From the NCBI GenBank assembly GCA_030167865.1, contig JALAGF010004837.1, positions 248,001 to 312,000 on the forward strand: a stretch of 64,000 nucleotides of DNA, in the 5' to 3' direction. Below are positions 21,656-33,274 of the stretch, one piece after another; position 1 is the stretch's first letter, and every line of letters begins with the position of its first letter. A model generated the notes under the pieces. It made no database searches. It was not told the origin of the DNA and saw only the letters and a list, made by a program, of their open reading frames with translations. Both the position numbers and the translations under genes were made by a program. Source of the stretch: Craspedostauros australis (lineage: Eukaryota).

Positions 21656-23095
21656 CTAGTTGCTTTGCTGGATTTCATTCTGCGCGGCAGCTTTTTGCAT
21701 CGTGGTCGACACTGTGTTCTTTGTGACATCTGCCACAGCTCGGATGCTGGCCTTCCTTGCCAAAGTCACGGGGCAGCTAGGTGCAGCTTCTGTCCCATTC
21801 GCAGCATCCTGGGTCCCATTCGCAGCTTCGATCTGCAGGTTCGTTTGGTGCTGAACGACATGCTCATGGATGCAGGCCTCTCTTCCCTTCTGACGTGCGC
21901 TGTGGACAAGATCGACGATCGCATCGCGCAACAAGTCGCTGTCCTTCTCCTCGTCCCAAACCTTGGAATGGAGAAGGAACAGCACAAGCCAGCTGGGGAG
22001 GTACCACAGCGACGTGAGGAAGACCTTGCGCGCGTTGGCGTTGGTCCTCTCCTTCTTGAACTTGTAGGCACGGTGCAGGGCGTAGGCGTTGAGCGCGATG
22101 CCTTCCAACGCGAACATGGAACTGGTGACGCCGGCGTAGGTGGTGAAGAAGGGGACGGTGGACAGATACGCCGCGTATCGCAGGATGATGTTGGCCGTCC
22201 TCTCTCCGTCCGGCTCCATGACGGGGACCATGGCGAAGCCGCCGCGCTTGTAATCCACCCTGTGCATGTAACTGAGCGCGAAGAAGTGCGGCATCTGCCA
22301 CAGATACAGCGTCGTTCCCAGCACCATGGCGTCCACATCGAAGAGCGATCCGCCGGTCGCCGCAGTCCAACCCATCAGCGGCGGAATGGCACCCACAACA
22401 GCACCCACCCAAGTATTGTAAATGGACCTCGGCTTCATGTAGGTGTACAATCCCGAGTACAGCGCAATGTTGCCCACGCCCAACGCCGTCGTGACAGGAT
22501 CCGTTCCGAACCAAAGAAGACCAGTCCCCGCCGCAGCCCATGCCGACGCCGCCAGCGACGCCTCGCGCATCGACAGCGTGTTGGTCACCAACGGGCGTTG
22601 CTGCGTTCGTTTCATGCGCGCATCACGATCCACCTCGAATATCTGATTCCAAGCTGCCGCGGAAGAGGAGCACAGCGCGGTGCCGATGACGCAGCAACCC
22701 GCGATGCTGGCCTGCTCCCACATCGGCCCTCCGGCCGCAACGAAGCCAGCCGCCGTCGTCGCCACCACCAGCGCGGAGAGCTTGGCCTTGGCGAGTTCCG
22801 CGTAAGCTGCAGGTTTGGTCTGCTTCTTCGCATCGGACTTGTTCTTGCCTTCGTCCTCATCAGCGGAAGCATTGTTAGTAGCATTGCTAGTAGCATTGCC
22901 AGGCGGAACGGGAGTGGCCATGCGCATTGGCTGTCTGCCATGGTCGTCGACGCCGGTGGAGAGGATGCGAGCAGCTCCCTGCCATCCAGCAGCGGCGACA
23001 GCGGGAGATGGTCGTGTCACATCCAATGATGATGACTGCGACAACCGCAGAATGCTTCTCGTTCTCCGTCTGGAGACGGCTATGACGAATGACAT
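21656..23095 (-). CDS. COX10: Protoheme IX farnesyltransferase (heme O synthase), mitochondrial
   Basis: NQIFEVDRDARMKRTQQRPL, YTYMKP..NTWVGAVVGAIPPLMGW, LWQMPHFFAL..RVDYKRGG; Arg/Ser-rich presequence. Confidence 0.93.
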   Translation of the reverse strand: MSFVIAVSRRRTRSILRLSQSSSLDVTRPSPAVAAAGWQGAARILSTGVDDHGRQPMRMATPVPPGNATSNATNNASADEDEGKNKSDAKKQTKPAAYAELAKAKLSALVVATTAAGFVAAGGPMWEQASIAGCCVIGTALCSSSAAAWNQIFEVDRDARMKRTQQRPLVTNTLSMREASLAASAWAAAGTGLLWFGTDPVTTALGVGNIALYSGLYTYMKPRSIYNTWVGAVVGAIPPLMGWTAATGGSLFDVDAMVLGTTLYLWQMPHFFALSYMHRVDYKRGGFAMVPVMEPDGERTANIILRYAAYLSTVPFFTTYAGVTSSMFALEGIALNAYALHRAYKFKKERTNANARKVFLTSLWYLPSWLVLFLLHSKVWDEEKDSDLLRDAIVDLVHSARQKGREACIHEHVVQHQTNLQIEAANGTQDAANGTEAAPSCPVTLARKASIRAVADVTKNTVSTTMQKAAAQNEIQQSN

Positions 23096-23099
23096 GGCT

Positions 23100-23140
23100 G
23101 TGATGAACGATGTGATGAACGATGTGATGAACGATGTGAT
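23100..23140. repeat. 12-bp tandem repeat (GTGATGAACGAT)x3+ just upstream of the COX10 start
   Basis: Exact units at 23100, 23112 and 23124. Confidence 0.9.
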
Positions 23141-23928
23141 GTGATGTACACAATGCCTGGTGCTATCTGCTGCTATCTGCTGCCCTGCGTCCGAGTACTA
23201 TAATGATTTGGATACGGTCTGTTTGAGCACGAGACACGAGTAGTGCGGAGACGATGACAACCAAGAGGATCAAGGCGGCTCCTGCTCTGGATCTTCGTGC
23301 TTGTGTTCCTCCGAATGGATACACGTACCAACACTCAGTTGTTGTTCCAAGGTTCGGCCGCTGGACAGTTGTCGTTGGCCAAAGCGAACAGATCGCGTCA
23401 CGGTGCTGGTGACAACGACGCTGACGAAAGCAAGAAAAGAAGAAACGGTTTGTTGGTTTGCGGCGAGGAAGCCCAGAACGAACGAATCATTCGTGATTAA
23501 ACCACGTGACTGCACAAACACGACGACACCGTGATCGCGAGTGTCTATGACAGATGCTGTAAATGAAGCTAGAGAGAAGGAGAGACGCAAGGACTGCCGC
23601 ACGTGAGGGAGGAGAGGACGAGCTACAGGCACCATACAAGCGCAAGCATGGCAACACCGAGAAGGCGGAACAGCAGGTGCACACTAATAATCCGGACTGG
23701 CATGTAGAAGCCCGCTGCAACATCGTCGAGTGTTCTCACTTGTATAGCTGTGCCTCAGCGATGCTCCAAATCCAAACGTCGACCGCTTGCGAGCCAACAA
23801 TCCCCGCTATTTGTGCTCCATTCCATGCCAATTTGTCCCTCCTCCGTTGTGACCTGCGTACGGGAGTAAGAGAGGCGCATCGCTCTGGCCATCCTGTCTC
23901 ACGTCCAATCATTTACCTCTTGCATCCA

Positions 23929-24843
23929 TCACTTGTGCGGCTTAGTGACAGTTATCAGCATTCCCAATGACACTCCCGCGATGAAAGACATGCCAATGTG
24001 CATCCAATTCGTTTCAGATCTTCGAGAAGCATCATGCGCGGAATGTTCGTCGGCTGCTTTCGAAGCTGGGGCTGCGTGGTGGTAGTTCTCCGTGACTGGC
24101 TCCGAAAGGAAGGAGCTGCGTTTCAGCTTGGTCAATCGGCGCTTCAGCTTTGGTTTCGGTGATCTGGACGGTTTCGACATCTCCTTCTCCAACCACACGA
24201 CGGCTTCTTCGGAAGTCGAGACGAAGCTGATGATCTCATCCGGTTTGTGCTTGATCAGATCATGCTTGTACCCATTCTCCAGCATCGTCCGGAACGGCGC
24301 GTAATACCCGTCCACATCCACGCACACGATGGGCAACGTCGTCATGCCCAAATTGCGAGCACACGCCATCTCCCACAGCTCATCCCACGTGCCGGGCCCG
24401 CCTGGCAGCACGATCAGCCCGTCGGCATGTTCCACGAGCAACCGCTTGCGCTCTTGCAGGTCGTTGCCACTGGCAATGAGGATCTCGCGCTTGGGTCCGC
24501 CCTCTGCCGCGGGTTTGGTGCTGAACACTTTGTGGGCGTGCCCGTCGCGATCCAACCAGTCGCCGCCGTCCACCAGGAACATCTCGTGGATGACGCCCAG
24601 GATGTCGCCGTTGCCGTTGCAAGCGCCATCGTTCAACGCCGCCATGCATCCGAAGGATCCCGCGCCGTTGATGCAGACGTGGCCTCGTTTGGCGAGGATG
24701 TATCCCAGGGTGTACGCCTCCTTGCAAAAGCGCGGTGGTGTCTTGGCCGACGAGGAACCGTAGCATGTCACCCTCAGCGGTTTCTTGGCCTTTTCTTGCA
24801 GCAGAGGCAGTTCATCCAGCGCGGTTGCAACAGCCTCCATCAT
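23929..24843 (-). CDS. LOG: LOG-family nucleotide phosphoribohydrolase with C-terminal hydrophobic tail
   Basis: VTCYGSS, GAGSFGCM, ERKRLL, LPGGPGTWDELWE (PGGxGTxxE), DGYY; tail WMHIGMSFIAGVSLGMLITV. Confidence 0.85.
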   Translation of the reverse strand: MMEAVATALDELPLLQEKAKKPLRVTCYGSSSAKTPPRFCKEAYTLGYILAKRGHVCINGAGSFGCMAALNDGACNGNGDILGVIHEMFLVDGGDWLDRDGHAHKVFSTKPAAEGGPKREILIASGNDLQERKRLLVEHADGLIVLPGGPGTWDELWEMACARNLGMTTLPIVCVDVDGYYAPFRTMLENGYKHDLIKHKPDEIISFVSTSEEAVVWLEKEMSKPSRSPKPKLKRRLTKLKRSSFLSEPVTENYHHAAPASKAADEHSAHDASRRSETNWMHIGMSFIAGVSLGMLITVTKPHK

Positions 24844-25593
24844 TCTTTCTGTGCTATTGTATCGCAGCGGTTGTGGTTGCGATTATGATTATGATCAGTT
24901 GCAGTGTATTGGTCGAGTCCTTCTTGTGCTGGTGATGGTGTGGACGAGGCTGTTTGTGTTCATTCTTGTGGTCGCCCCTCTTTGCTCTGCTTTGGTGTAG
25001 TTGGATGATGGATGATGGGTTGATGTTTTCGGGGGGTCAGGCAGAACATCGGTTTGGTTGGAGTTTGCATTCTACGGTCTATCAGATTAGAGGAACAGAA
25101 TAGTCACAGAGTATCAGAATAGCATCCTGAGAAAAACAGACAAAGCTTGATCCAGTTCACATCACATCACAACCACCTCCTCAGCCAGCTGTTGCTGTCA
25201 ACAACATCGATGCAAAGCTCGTTCATGTGGACCTGAATTCACAGCAGAGCCAAGGATTGGGTCAGCGGAAGGAGCTGCCAGGAGGTGATGGACAAGTTTT
25301 CGTTTGGGGCATCTCTTTCAGACTCTCTCCAACAACGCCGCTAATCTGGACCAGCAACACTACTCGAACAAGGGCGACGACTGTTGCAAACAAGCGAAAA
25401 AGGAACATAATACGTACTCGAGGTATTTGGTTTGTCGCTGCAGAGTCTATGGTTTGTTTACAGCAGGCTACGGCGACTGTCCAACACAATTTGCATCATC
25501 CATGTGCGATGAGTGCGCGTTGCATCTTCCAGGGGTTGCGGTACGAATCGGGGGTACGGAAAAGTTGATTTGCATGGTACTCCTTGTGCGCGC

Positions 25594-26639
25594 TTAGAAG
25601 AATCCCTCGCCATCGTTGAATGGGTTGAAGTGTCCAGCGGCGTACTGCTCGTACATTGTCTGTCCAGTGAGCTCCTCGGCGACCATGTTTCCGATGATTC
25701 CCATCATAGCAGCACGTCCGTTGTTGATCTCGGCGTTCAGCTTGCGGGCCTTCTCCTCTGGGTCGAAGATGTCTCCGCCGAAGTAACCAATTCCGTAGTC
25801 ACCATCGTACTGGGATGCTGGCCACCAGGCGATCTCGACGAATCCAAGGAAGGCCAGGATCTGGGCGAGTCCGGCGGATGGGACGGAGAAGATTCCGTCA
25901 ATTCCGGTTGGGATGTCGGAGAACTTCAGGTCGTTGGATGGGGAGATGTATCCATCAAAGACGATGTGGTTGTTGTGGACGATGCATCCGACAACGGCAG
26001 CCATGGCAACACGTCCGTGCTTGCGCTCGACGGCACGGCGGCGCTCGAAGGACTCTGGCTGGCTCTCGATCCAGCCAAGTGGATCGAAGACACCGAGTGG
26101 CTCAGTGACACCGAGCTCGAGCTCGTTGACATTGAGGGCGGTGGAGGACTGCGCATGTCCAAGTACAAGTGCGTGCAGCGCATGTGACGATTGCGTGAAG
26201 TATTGCGCATTGAGGTGATACAAAGAAAGGAAGAGGTGAGTTGCGCTCTGTACCGAACATGCACTACTGTTGGCTCTTTCAACTTCAATTCATCGTCCAT
26301 CTTCCATCTTCATCACTCCGTTGCCTGTCGCATCTCTCAACAAATTGCCGCAGAGGCCGATCCGGATCGGCAGGAATCGGAAGGCAAGAAACAGAGGGAG
26401 GAAGGAAAGAATCCAAAGTGGAGAAAAGACCTCTTGTCGCCCATCCACACCGCGCCGCAAGACAAAGCGCAACGGATGCTTCTTCCGACCCCTCGAAGAC
26501 GCCGTCGGCTTTGTTCATGCCCCAACATTTCATCTTGGAATAACGCAGCGCACACAACAGGTACTCGTACCTTGCCAGTCTGGGCTGGGGCGAAGGCGGC
26601 GGCCGAAGCGACCAAGGCGGAAAGGAGAGCGAGCTTCAT
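25594..26639 (-). CDS. Fucoxanthin-chlorophyll a/c light-harvesting protein, Lhcf15-like; exons 26639-26571 and 26148-25594
   Basis: MKLALLSALVASAAAFAP presequence; FDPLG, ERKHGRVAM, EINNGRAAM; intron AAG|gtacga...gcgcag|TCC. Confidence 0.93.
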
Positions 26640-27777
26640 GGTGATGTCGTTTGGTGTCGTCAATTTGGTGTTGTGGGAACTTGGCGGATCGACGCATCAA
26701 CAGACCGAACAGAGCCAACAGAGAGACACAGAGAGAGACGGAGACAAACAGCCGTCGCTTCCGCACCACACGAACCGCACATCTCCTCACGCAGAGATGG
26801 AGCAACGTGTCAACGAAACGAAAAGGAATCGATCTTTTCGTCTGGCCACACCGTTCCACCGGCGTCCACGCTACACCAAATGCGCATCCAAACTGTACCG
26901 TGTGAAGATACGTAACCGAAGTTCAACAAAAGAAAAGGAATCGCACGAATCGTGTGTCGTGATTGTGACAGAATGATCGTATGGGTCAAACTAGACTTAC
27001 TATGACTCCCATTCATTCACGACATATCACGAAACACGAATGACAACCAAAAAGGCGAAGTCACACAAGAGCGAGAGGAACGACCAAAACCAACCAAAAA
27101 CAAGAACCCGAAAAGGATCGAACAAAACGAAAACAAGGGATGGATCCGAAGAACAAAATAGCGATGGGGGTGTGCGTAGGTACTGAGACGAGCAGTCTCG
27201 TACGACCATTCCCAGTGTGGATGACGAAGAGGTGGGAGCTGGGAGCGAGTGAGAGCCCAGGAGGAGAGCGGCCAGTCCCTCACTCCACTCCACTTCCATC
27301 CTCGCACACGGCTCGTAGGGAGGAGCAGGTGACGACAATGCAAGGGATGCAAGAATGCAAGAATCGTGCAGCCCAGGTCACCAAACAGGCACAGGATCAG
27401 GGTCAGGTCGCGAGGGAGTCAAACGGCTGATCCACGGAGGCGAAGGTAAAGAAGAGGAAGGCCAACTGCGTCATTGCGAGACATCAAAGACATCAGAGGT
27501 GATTGCTGGCACGGATATTTGTTACTCCATTCATACTCGATCTCGTGTTGGCACTCGCGTTGGCACCCCCGTTGGCATTGGCATAGACCAACAGGCGCGT
27601 TCAGAGCTCATTCAAGGCCGGTCAACGTCTGCCACAAGCAGGAACAGTAAAAGCAAAAGTGAAGAAGCGGACCTAGAACTCTTAGCACCGACAGAGCAAG
27701 GTCCAAGCCATCACAGAAAGCGAAAGAGCCCTGTTCTGGCACAACCAGAAGAGACACGCTCACACGCCAGTACTAGC

Positions 27778-28968
27778 ATGAGCACTACGTCTTCGTCAGC
27801 TACGAGAAGGACGGTGACGATCACAAATGCCGTGCAATCGTCTAGCTCACCTCCTGTCACCGAAGGCACGCCCACTCTCAGTGACCCTGCTACCAACGAC
27901 GATGACAACGACACTGTCAATGACACCAGCCCCACCCACAGCAACGACAGCAGCAACAGCAGCAGCAGCAGAAACAGCCGTACCCCACCAGGTCCTTCCA
28001 ACGATCTTCTCATCACCTGGATCTACGAAGAGTTTTGGGATGTTTGGATCAACTTTCTGAATTTTCACAAACAGAATCCCAACATCATCGCCCAGCTCCG
28101 AACCATCCGCAACGACCACGGCGATGGTATCCTGCACATGATGTGCAGCCACGAATCTCTCCCGCTCGCGTTGATCGAACAGGTCTTCAGTCTGTTGGAG
28201 AACCGCTTCTCTGTCAACCCGGCCGGACACACGGTGCTGCATCAAATCACGATCCATATCCCAACGCGCAACGACATAATCCGCAAGGTGATCGCCATCG
28301 ATCCATCCCTGCCCAACACGCCCGATGAAAACTTCATGCGTCCGATGGACTACCTCAGCCTGCGCATGATTATGAACGAAGAGCGAGCACGGTACCGGCA
28401 GGAAGAGGAGTCGATATCGCGTGCCCTGTGGACATCGGCCAAGGTGCTGGCGCTGGCATCCATGGGGATGGCGGAGGACGCTCTGCCCGTCGCGCATGCG
28501 TGTCTGCTGGCGGAGAACGTGCCGTTCGCGTTGAAGCAGCGCGTCATCAAGAAGCACCGGGCAAGGCTGCTGCTGGAGAAGGACGTAGATGGCAACCTGC
28601 CGTTGCACATGGTAACGCGGCGGTATGCGGACGAAAATGGCGTTGGCGACAACGATGATGATGACGACGTTTCGGATCATCATGACTTTCTGTTTGAGCT
28701 GATTCGGAAGTGTCCCGAAGCGGCCACGAAGACGAATGACGCGATGCAGACACCGCTGGATGTTGCCATCGACGAGACAACGAGGGGTTGGTCGACGGGC
28801 GTGCTTGCGCTGTTGGAATGCCACCCAGGTGCGTTGCAAAGGCGCAACCTGCCGATGGTGATGTACCCGCATCTGTTTGCTCGATTGGCGCAGGAACGGC
28901 AGCACTCAACGTTGTTTTCGATACTTCAAAGCAGGCCCGGTGTCGTCTACAATCACGCGCTACGATAA
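27778..28968 (+). CDS. Ankyrin-repeat-like protein
   Basis: GDGILHMMC, GHTVLH, DGNLPLH, QTPLDVAI ankyrin-type motifs after a Ser/Thr-rich N-terminus. Start uncertain; the ORF opens at 27355. Confidence 0.75.
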   Translation: MSTTSSSATRRTVTITNAVQSSSSPPVTEGTPTLSDPATNDDDNDTVNDTSPTHSNDSSNSSSSRNSRTPPGPSNDLLITWIYEEFWDVWINFLNFHKQNPNIIAQLRTIRNDHGDGILHMMCSHESLPLALIEQVFSLLENRFSVNPAGHTVLHQITIHIPTRNDIIRKVIAIDPSLPNTPDENFMRPMDYLSLRMIMNEERARYRQEEESISRALWTSAKVLALASMGMAEDALPVAHACLLAENVPFALKQRVIKKHRARLLLEKDVDGNLPLHMVTRRYADENGVGDNDDDDDVSDHHDFLFELIRKCPEAATKTNDAMQTPLDVAIDETTRGWSTGVLALLECHPGALQRRNLPMVMYPHLFARLAQERQHSTLFSILQSRPGVVYNHALR

Positions 28969-29349
28969 GATCCGGTATACTATTTGTACTCTAGATACTG
29001 TTGCATGCATACTCTGACTTTCCTCGTGCAGTTATACTCAAGGAGTATGGTACACTCCAACATTGCAGCAGTATCGCTTCACTATGCTTGCACTTCGTGT
29101 ACGCGCGCTTGAGGACTGTCATGTGTCTGTGCCATGTGTGTGCATGCACACACGACTACGAGGATGTAGATATGATCTAATGGAAGATGCTATCTTTTTG
29201 TATGCTTCTATGATTGCTGACGCCGACGCGATGATGTGCTTCAAGAGTACTGCGCTACCTGGCAACATACCGCCGGGCAGATTGCCGTGACATCACACAA
29301 CGTGACTCACTCCACTCCACTCGGCTCCACTTCACTGTTCTTCACCATC

Positions 29350-30282
29350 TCAAAGCTTCCCAACACCACCGAAGAGACTTTGGAACCATTCGTCTTGCTG
29401 CAGGTTGGAAACGCTTCTTCGGGATAACGGGAACGTGAAGTTGACCAACTTGGGGAGCTCGTGGTACCGGATCTTGCGTCCTTTGCTGGCTCTGCGATCG
29501 ACATCCTTGCGTTTCTTTTGCATTTGCTTCTTGGCCAGAAGCGGGTTGTCGTCTGCATTTTGGGTGCTGGATGCGGCATTGAGCACCAAGAACTCCTTCA
29601 GCAGCTGCTGGTACAGTCTGGAATCATCGAATGCGGCGGCTTGTCGCGGCTGCTTCCGCTGAAGTTTGCCGAACTCCACCGTGGACTCGACCTGTCCCCA
29701 GAAGGAGGAATCCACCATCTTGAACTTGTCCTTGCCGCTTCCACCTCGTGTCTGTATCTCCTCCTGGCGTTTGTTGAGCACGGTCTTCCAACGTTGACGG
29801 CAGACGTCGTACTCCTGTTGCAGGACCTCATCCAGCTGTTGCGATGATGACGACTTGATCATTTCGGTGTAGTCCGATGAGACGTCGTCATTGTCATCGT
29901 CGTCATTGTTATCATCGTCGTCATCACCATTCTCTTTGCTGCTGCCCTCCAACGATGCAATGGAGTTGGTGGCCAACGCTTGCCGAATGGGCAGCAGAAC
30001 ATTGAGGAGCTGGTTGCAGACCTTGTCCACCGATTTGGAGTACCTGCCCGTTTCCGAACTGGCCGTGGCGGTCAACGCACGCTGTGCCAGGATGCGGCAC
30101 TCCAGCATCTGGTTGTACACCTTGATCTGGTGGTGCATGGCCTTGGCCCGTTTGGCATCGCGCGTTGCCTTGAGACGGCGCCTGGTCTCCGCCTGGGCAT
30201 CCTCCGACTCGAACGCATCCACCGCATCGAAGACGGAGAAATCGCGTTTGTTGGACTTTGATTTCGATTTGGACTTTGCCAT
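29350..30282 (-). CDS. AATF: AATF/Bfr2 ribosome biogenesis factor
   Basis: LECRILAQRAL, FDDSRLYQQLLKEF, VDRRASKGRKIRYHELPKLVNF (TRAUB domain), FQSLFG C-terminus. Confidence 0.9.
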   Translation of the reverse strand: MAKSKSKSKSNKRDFSVFDAVDAFESEDAQAETRRRLKATRDAKRAKAMHHQIKVYNQMLECRILAQRALTATASSETGRYSKSVDKVCNQLLNVLLPIRQALATNSIASLEGSSKENGDDDDDNNDDDDNDDVSSDYTEMIKSSSSQQLDEVLQQEYDVCRQRWKTVLNKRQEEIQTRGGSGKDKFKMVDSSFWGQVESTVEFGKLQRKQPRQAAAFDDSRLYQQLLKEFLVLNAASSTQNADDNPLLAKKQMQKKRKDVDRRASKGRKIRYHELPKLVNFTFPLSRRSVSNLQQDEWFQSLFGGVGKL

Positions 30283-30790
30283 TGTTGCTATGTGTACAGT
30301 GTGATGGATGGTGGATGATGGATAGTTACTATACAGCGACACTTGCAGTTGTATTCTCTCTCTCTCTCTATTCGTATGATGAGTATGGCTGCGTCTCTTG
30401 ATGCGTCTTCGACCCACTGGCCATCCAACTCAAGGGGGCGGAAAGACCAGCGTGAGAACATGTTCTGTTGTTGTGTGCCAAGCAATGTGGTGAGGGGTGC
30501 AGAAACTGTATTTTTTGGGTGGTTGTTGTTGGCTTTGACTCGTTCGATTACTTCACCGGAACTAAAAGTATCCAAATCCGTCACCTGATGCCGATACTCC
30601 GCTGATGCTTCACCCAGGCACACTCGCCCCACAGCAACACGCAGACACAGTCATCCATAAATCCTCACAACCACCATCGCTCCTCACAAAGAAGAGCGTG
30701 TCCAACTCCAACTGTCTCTCTTCCCGACATCCGCAAGCTTACATCAAGCTTGAGTCGAGGCAAAGTCAGAGCAAAGAACAACGCAAGCCA

Positions 30791-33274
30791 ATGATCTTGG
30801 CAGCCATCAAGATGGTTTCGTTGGCCAAGGTCCTGTCCTCGTGCATCGATGCCAGCCGCCAGGGATGCGAGATCATTCGCGATTACCACGGTGCGGCCAA
30901 CGGCAACGTGCAAGGGAGTCTCAAGGAGGCCAACGAGATCAAGTCCGTCGTCACCCAGGCCGACATTGACGCTCAGAACCAGATCATCGGCACCCTGCGT
31001 CAGATCTGGGGTGAGGATCTCAAGATCGTCGGCGAAGAGGACGGCAGCGCGGATAATACTGCGAAAACCCCGGCGCCGAGTTCGGACGACCTGCCATCGT
31101 ACATCGACGCCTCCATCTTCGGCGACGATGATTCGGTTCCGTTGGAAGAGCTCTGCGTCTTTGTGGATCCGTTGGATGGAACGCGCGAGTTCGTGGAGGG
31201 GCGCCTGCACAACGTGGCCTGCCTCATCGGCATCATGCGCAACCAGCGGTCCATCGCGGGTGTGGTGGGACTGCCATTCCCCGATGGCACCTCGGATTCC
31301 GAGGTCGTCACGTACTATGCCATGACGGACGTCAAGAATCAGGTCGGGCGGTATCCGCCGCTGCAAGAGGACGAGCAGGCCTCCGGTCAGTATGACAACA
31401 CCATCCTGACGGGCGATTCCAGCGACCCCATCCTCCTCAATGCTACCAAGTTCACCAAGCAGTTTGCCGAAGCGGCTGACCTCGGTGCCGAGCACAAGTT
31501 CGTCGGGGGAACGGCCGCCAAGCTCATCAAGGTCGCCACGAACACCGAGAGCATCGCCGTTCTCCATTTCAAGACGGAACAGTGGGACACCTGCGCACCA
31601 GAGGCCTTGCTCAAATCCAACGGCGGCATGATCACGGATCTCTTCGGTGCACCGCTCTCCTACTCTCCCACGCGCCCGTTCGGCAACGTCTTCGGAGTTG
31701 TGGCGTCGAGCGGAGCTGCCATGACCAAGGTCCACCAGCAGCTCTGCGCCAAGATGAGAACGGATCATGCATCCATGCAACGCATCTACGGGGACTACAT
31801 GGGCGAGTACACGATTAGCGACGCCAACGATCAGGAATCGCAGGCGATGGATGTTGCCTACGATCTTGATGGCATTCCGTTGAAGAAAGAAGACTTGCAG
31901 CAGAACATCTTGGACGTTGTTGCGGGACGCACTGCATCATCTTCTGTCCATGATGATACGGCAGCCGCGAAGCCAACTTTGCGAGGATACTCCGTTCCAG
32001 AATCGGGTGCTTGGCGCGGTCTCATGTCCACGGGATGTCGCCTCATGTTGGACTGGGACGGTGACACTGTCGCAGAATCAGCCGCAGACGGAACTGCTTC
32101 CGCCCTGCCGAAGAGCGTCTTTTACAAGCGCATCGTCATGAGCAACCTCGATCATTCGCGCAAAAAGCTCGTCATCTCGCCGCACAAGGTCACCCGCGAC
32201 GTGCGATCGTACCAGATCGAAAGTGGCTTCCTCACCAGCGACGCCTGTCAGAAGGGACTCATCGGAGAAGTGGGCCTCAACATCAACAAGGTCTACGCCA
32301 GCACCTTGCGACCCATCGAAGGCCCCACTCCGAAGGAACAAATTGAAAGTCGCTTCTCCTTACTCTTGGAAGATTTCAACCAAGACGATGGTTGGAAGCA
32401 GCAGTGGTTGCTGGATGAGACGGCTGCCAAGGCCGCCCTCGATACGCTGGCGTCCATGCATGCCTACTTTTGGGCTGGCTCCGACTTTTGGCAAAAGGAC
32501 GGTGGCAGACAAGGCGAGGAGTTGGAGAAGGTGATTTGGCCCAACGGATCTTACACCCAGCCCCAGTTGCAGGGCTTGTCGCAGCTCACAAGAATCGATG
32601 CCGGTTGGAGGAAGAGGTTGCCGGACTTCGAAGAAGCGTGCAAAAGCATTCTGGAATTGAACGATGTCGATCTCGCCACGATTGGATCTCGTTTGGAAGG
32701 CATCGCTGCCATCACGGGCAGCCAGGCGCATCCATTCTCCGACAACAATCCTGCCTCAAAGGATCTGCAACAGTACCGCACCTTCATCCACGGCGATCCC
32801 AAACAAGCGAATCTGTTCTTCCGATCACAAGATGGTGCGGCATCACCTGAAGTTGGTTTGATCGATTTTCAATGGAGCGGGTTTGGATTGGCTGCGAGCG
32901 ATGTTGCGCACTTCATCAGTGCCGCCGTGCATCCGTCTCATCTTTCCTTCGATGGGTCCAAGGAAACCATGTTCTTGGATTATTACTACGAGCAGTTGAC
33001 GTCCAAACTGGTCAAGTACGGCGTGGCCAAGACAGCGGAAGAGGTTCAAACATCAGTCTTCCCACGCTCCGTCCTGCAGCATCAATACGAAATTGCCGTG
33101 CTGGACATGTGTCGGTTGGTGTTTGCGTATGCCTGGCAACGATGGAAGCCGGAGACGGAGCCCACCGCTGCCTCGCTCAATCGCAATTCGTACAACAAGT
33201 CGTTGGACAGTGCGTTGTGGCTCATTACTCGATGCAGTCAGTTGTTGTCCAAGCACGAGCAGACATTAAAGTAA
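30791..33274 (+). CDS. Inositol monophosphatase/BPNT-family phosphatase fused to an EcKinase/APH-choline kinase-like domain
   Basis: N-terminal VTQAD, GEE, VDPLDGTREF, WDTCAPEA; C-terminal HGDPKQANLFF and IDFQWSG; one uninterrupted ORF. Confidence 0.85.
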   Translation: MILAAIKMVSLAKVLSSCIDASRQGCEIIRDYHGAANGNVQGSLKEANEIKSVVTQADIDAQNQIIGTLRQIWGEDLKIVGEEDGSADNTAKTPAPSSDDLPSYIDASIFGDDDSVPLEELCVFVDPLDGTREFVEGRLHNVACLIGIMRNQRSIAGVVGLPFPDGTSDSEVVTYYAMTDVKNQVGRYPPLQEDEQASGQYDNTILTGDSSDPILLNATKFTKQFAEAADLGAEHKFVGGTAAKLIKVATNTESIAVLHFKTEQWDTCAPEALLKSNGGMITDLFGAPLSYSPTRPFGNVFGVVASSGAAMTKVHQQLCAKMRTDHASMQRIYGDYMGEYTISDANDQESQAMDVAYDLDGIPLKKEDLQQNILDVVAGRTASSSVHDDTAAAKPTLRGYSVPESGAWRGLMSTGCRLMLDWDGDTVAESAADGTASALPKSVFYKRIVMSNLDHSRKKLVISPHKVTRDVRSYQIESGFLTSDACQKGLIGEVGLNINKVYASTLRPIEGPTPKEQIESRFSLLLEDFNQDDGWKQQWLLDETAAKAALDTLASMHAYFWAGSDFWQKDGGRQGEELEKVIWPNGSYTQPQLQGLSQLTRIDAGWRKRLPDFEEACKSILELNDVDLATIGSRLEGIAAITGSQAHPFSDNNPASKDLQQYRTFIHGDPKQANLFFRSQDGAASPEVGLIDFQWSGFGLAASDVAHFISAAVHPSHLSFDGSKETMFLDYYYEQLTSKLVKYGVAKTAEEVQTSVFPRSVLQHQYEIAVLDMCRLVFAYAWQRWKPETEPTAASLNRNSYNKSLDSALWLITRCSQLLSKHEQTLK

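Noticed and set aside
21521-23029. 502-aa plus-strand ORF
   Set aside because: Antisense shadow of COX10.
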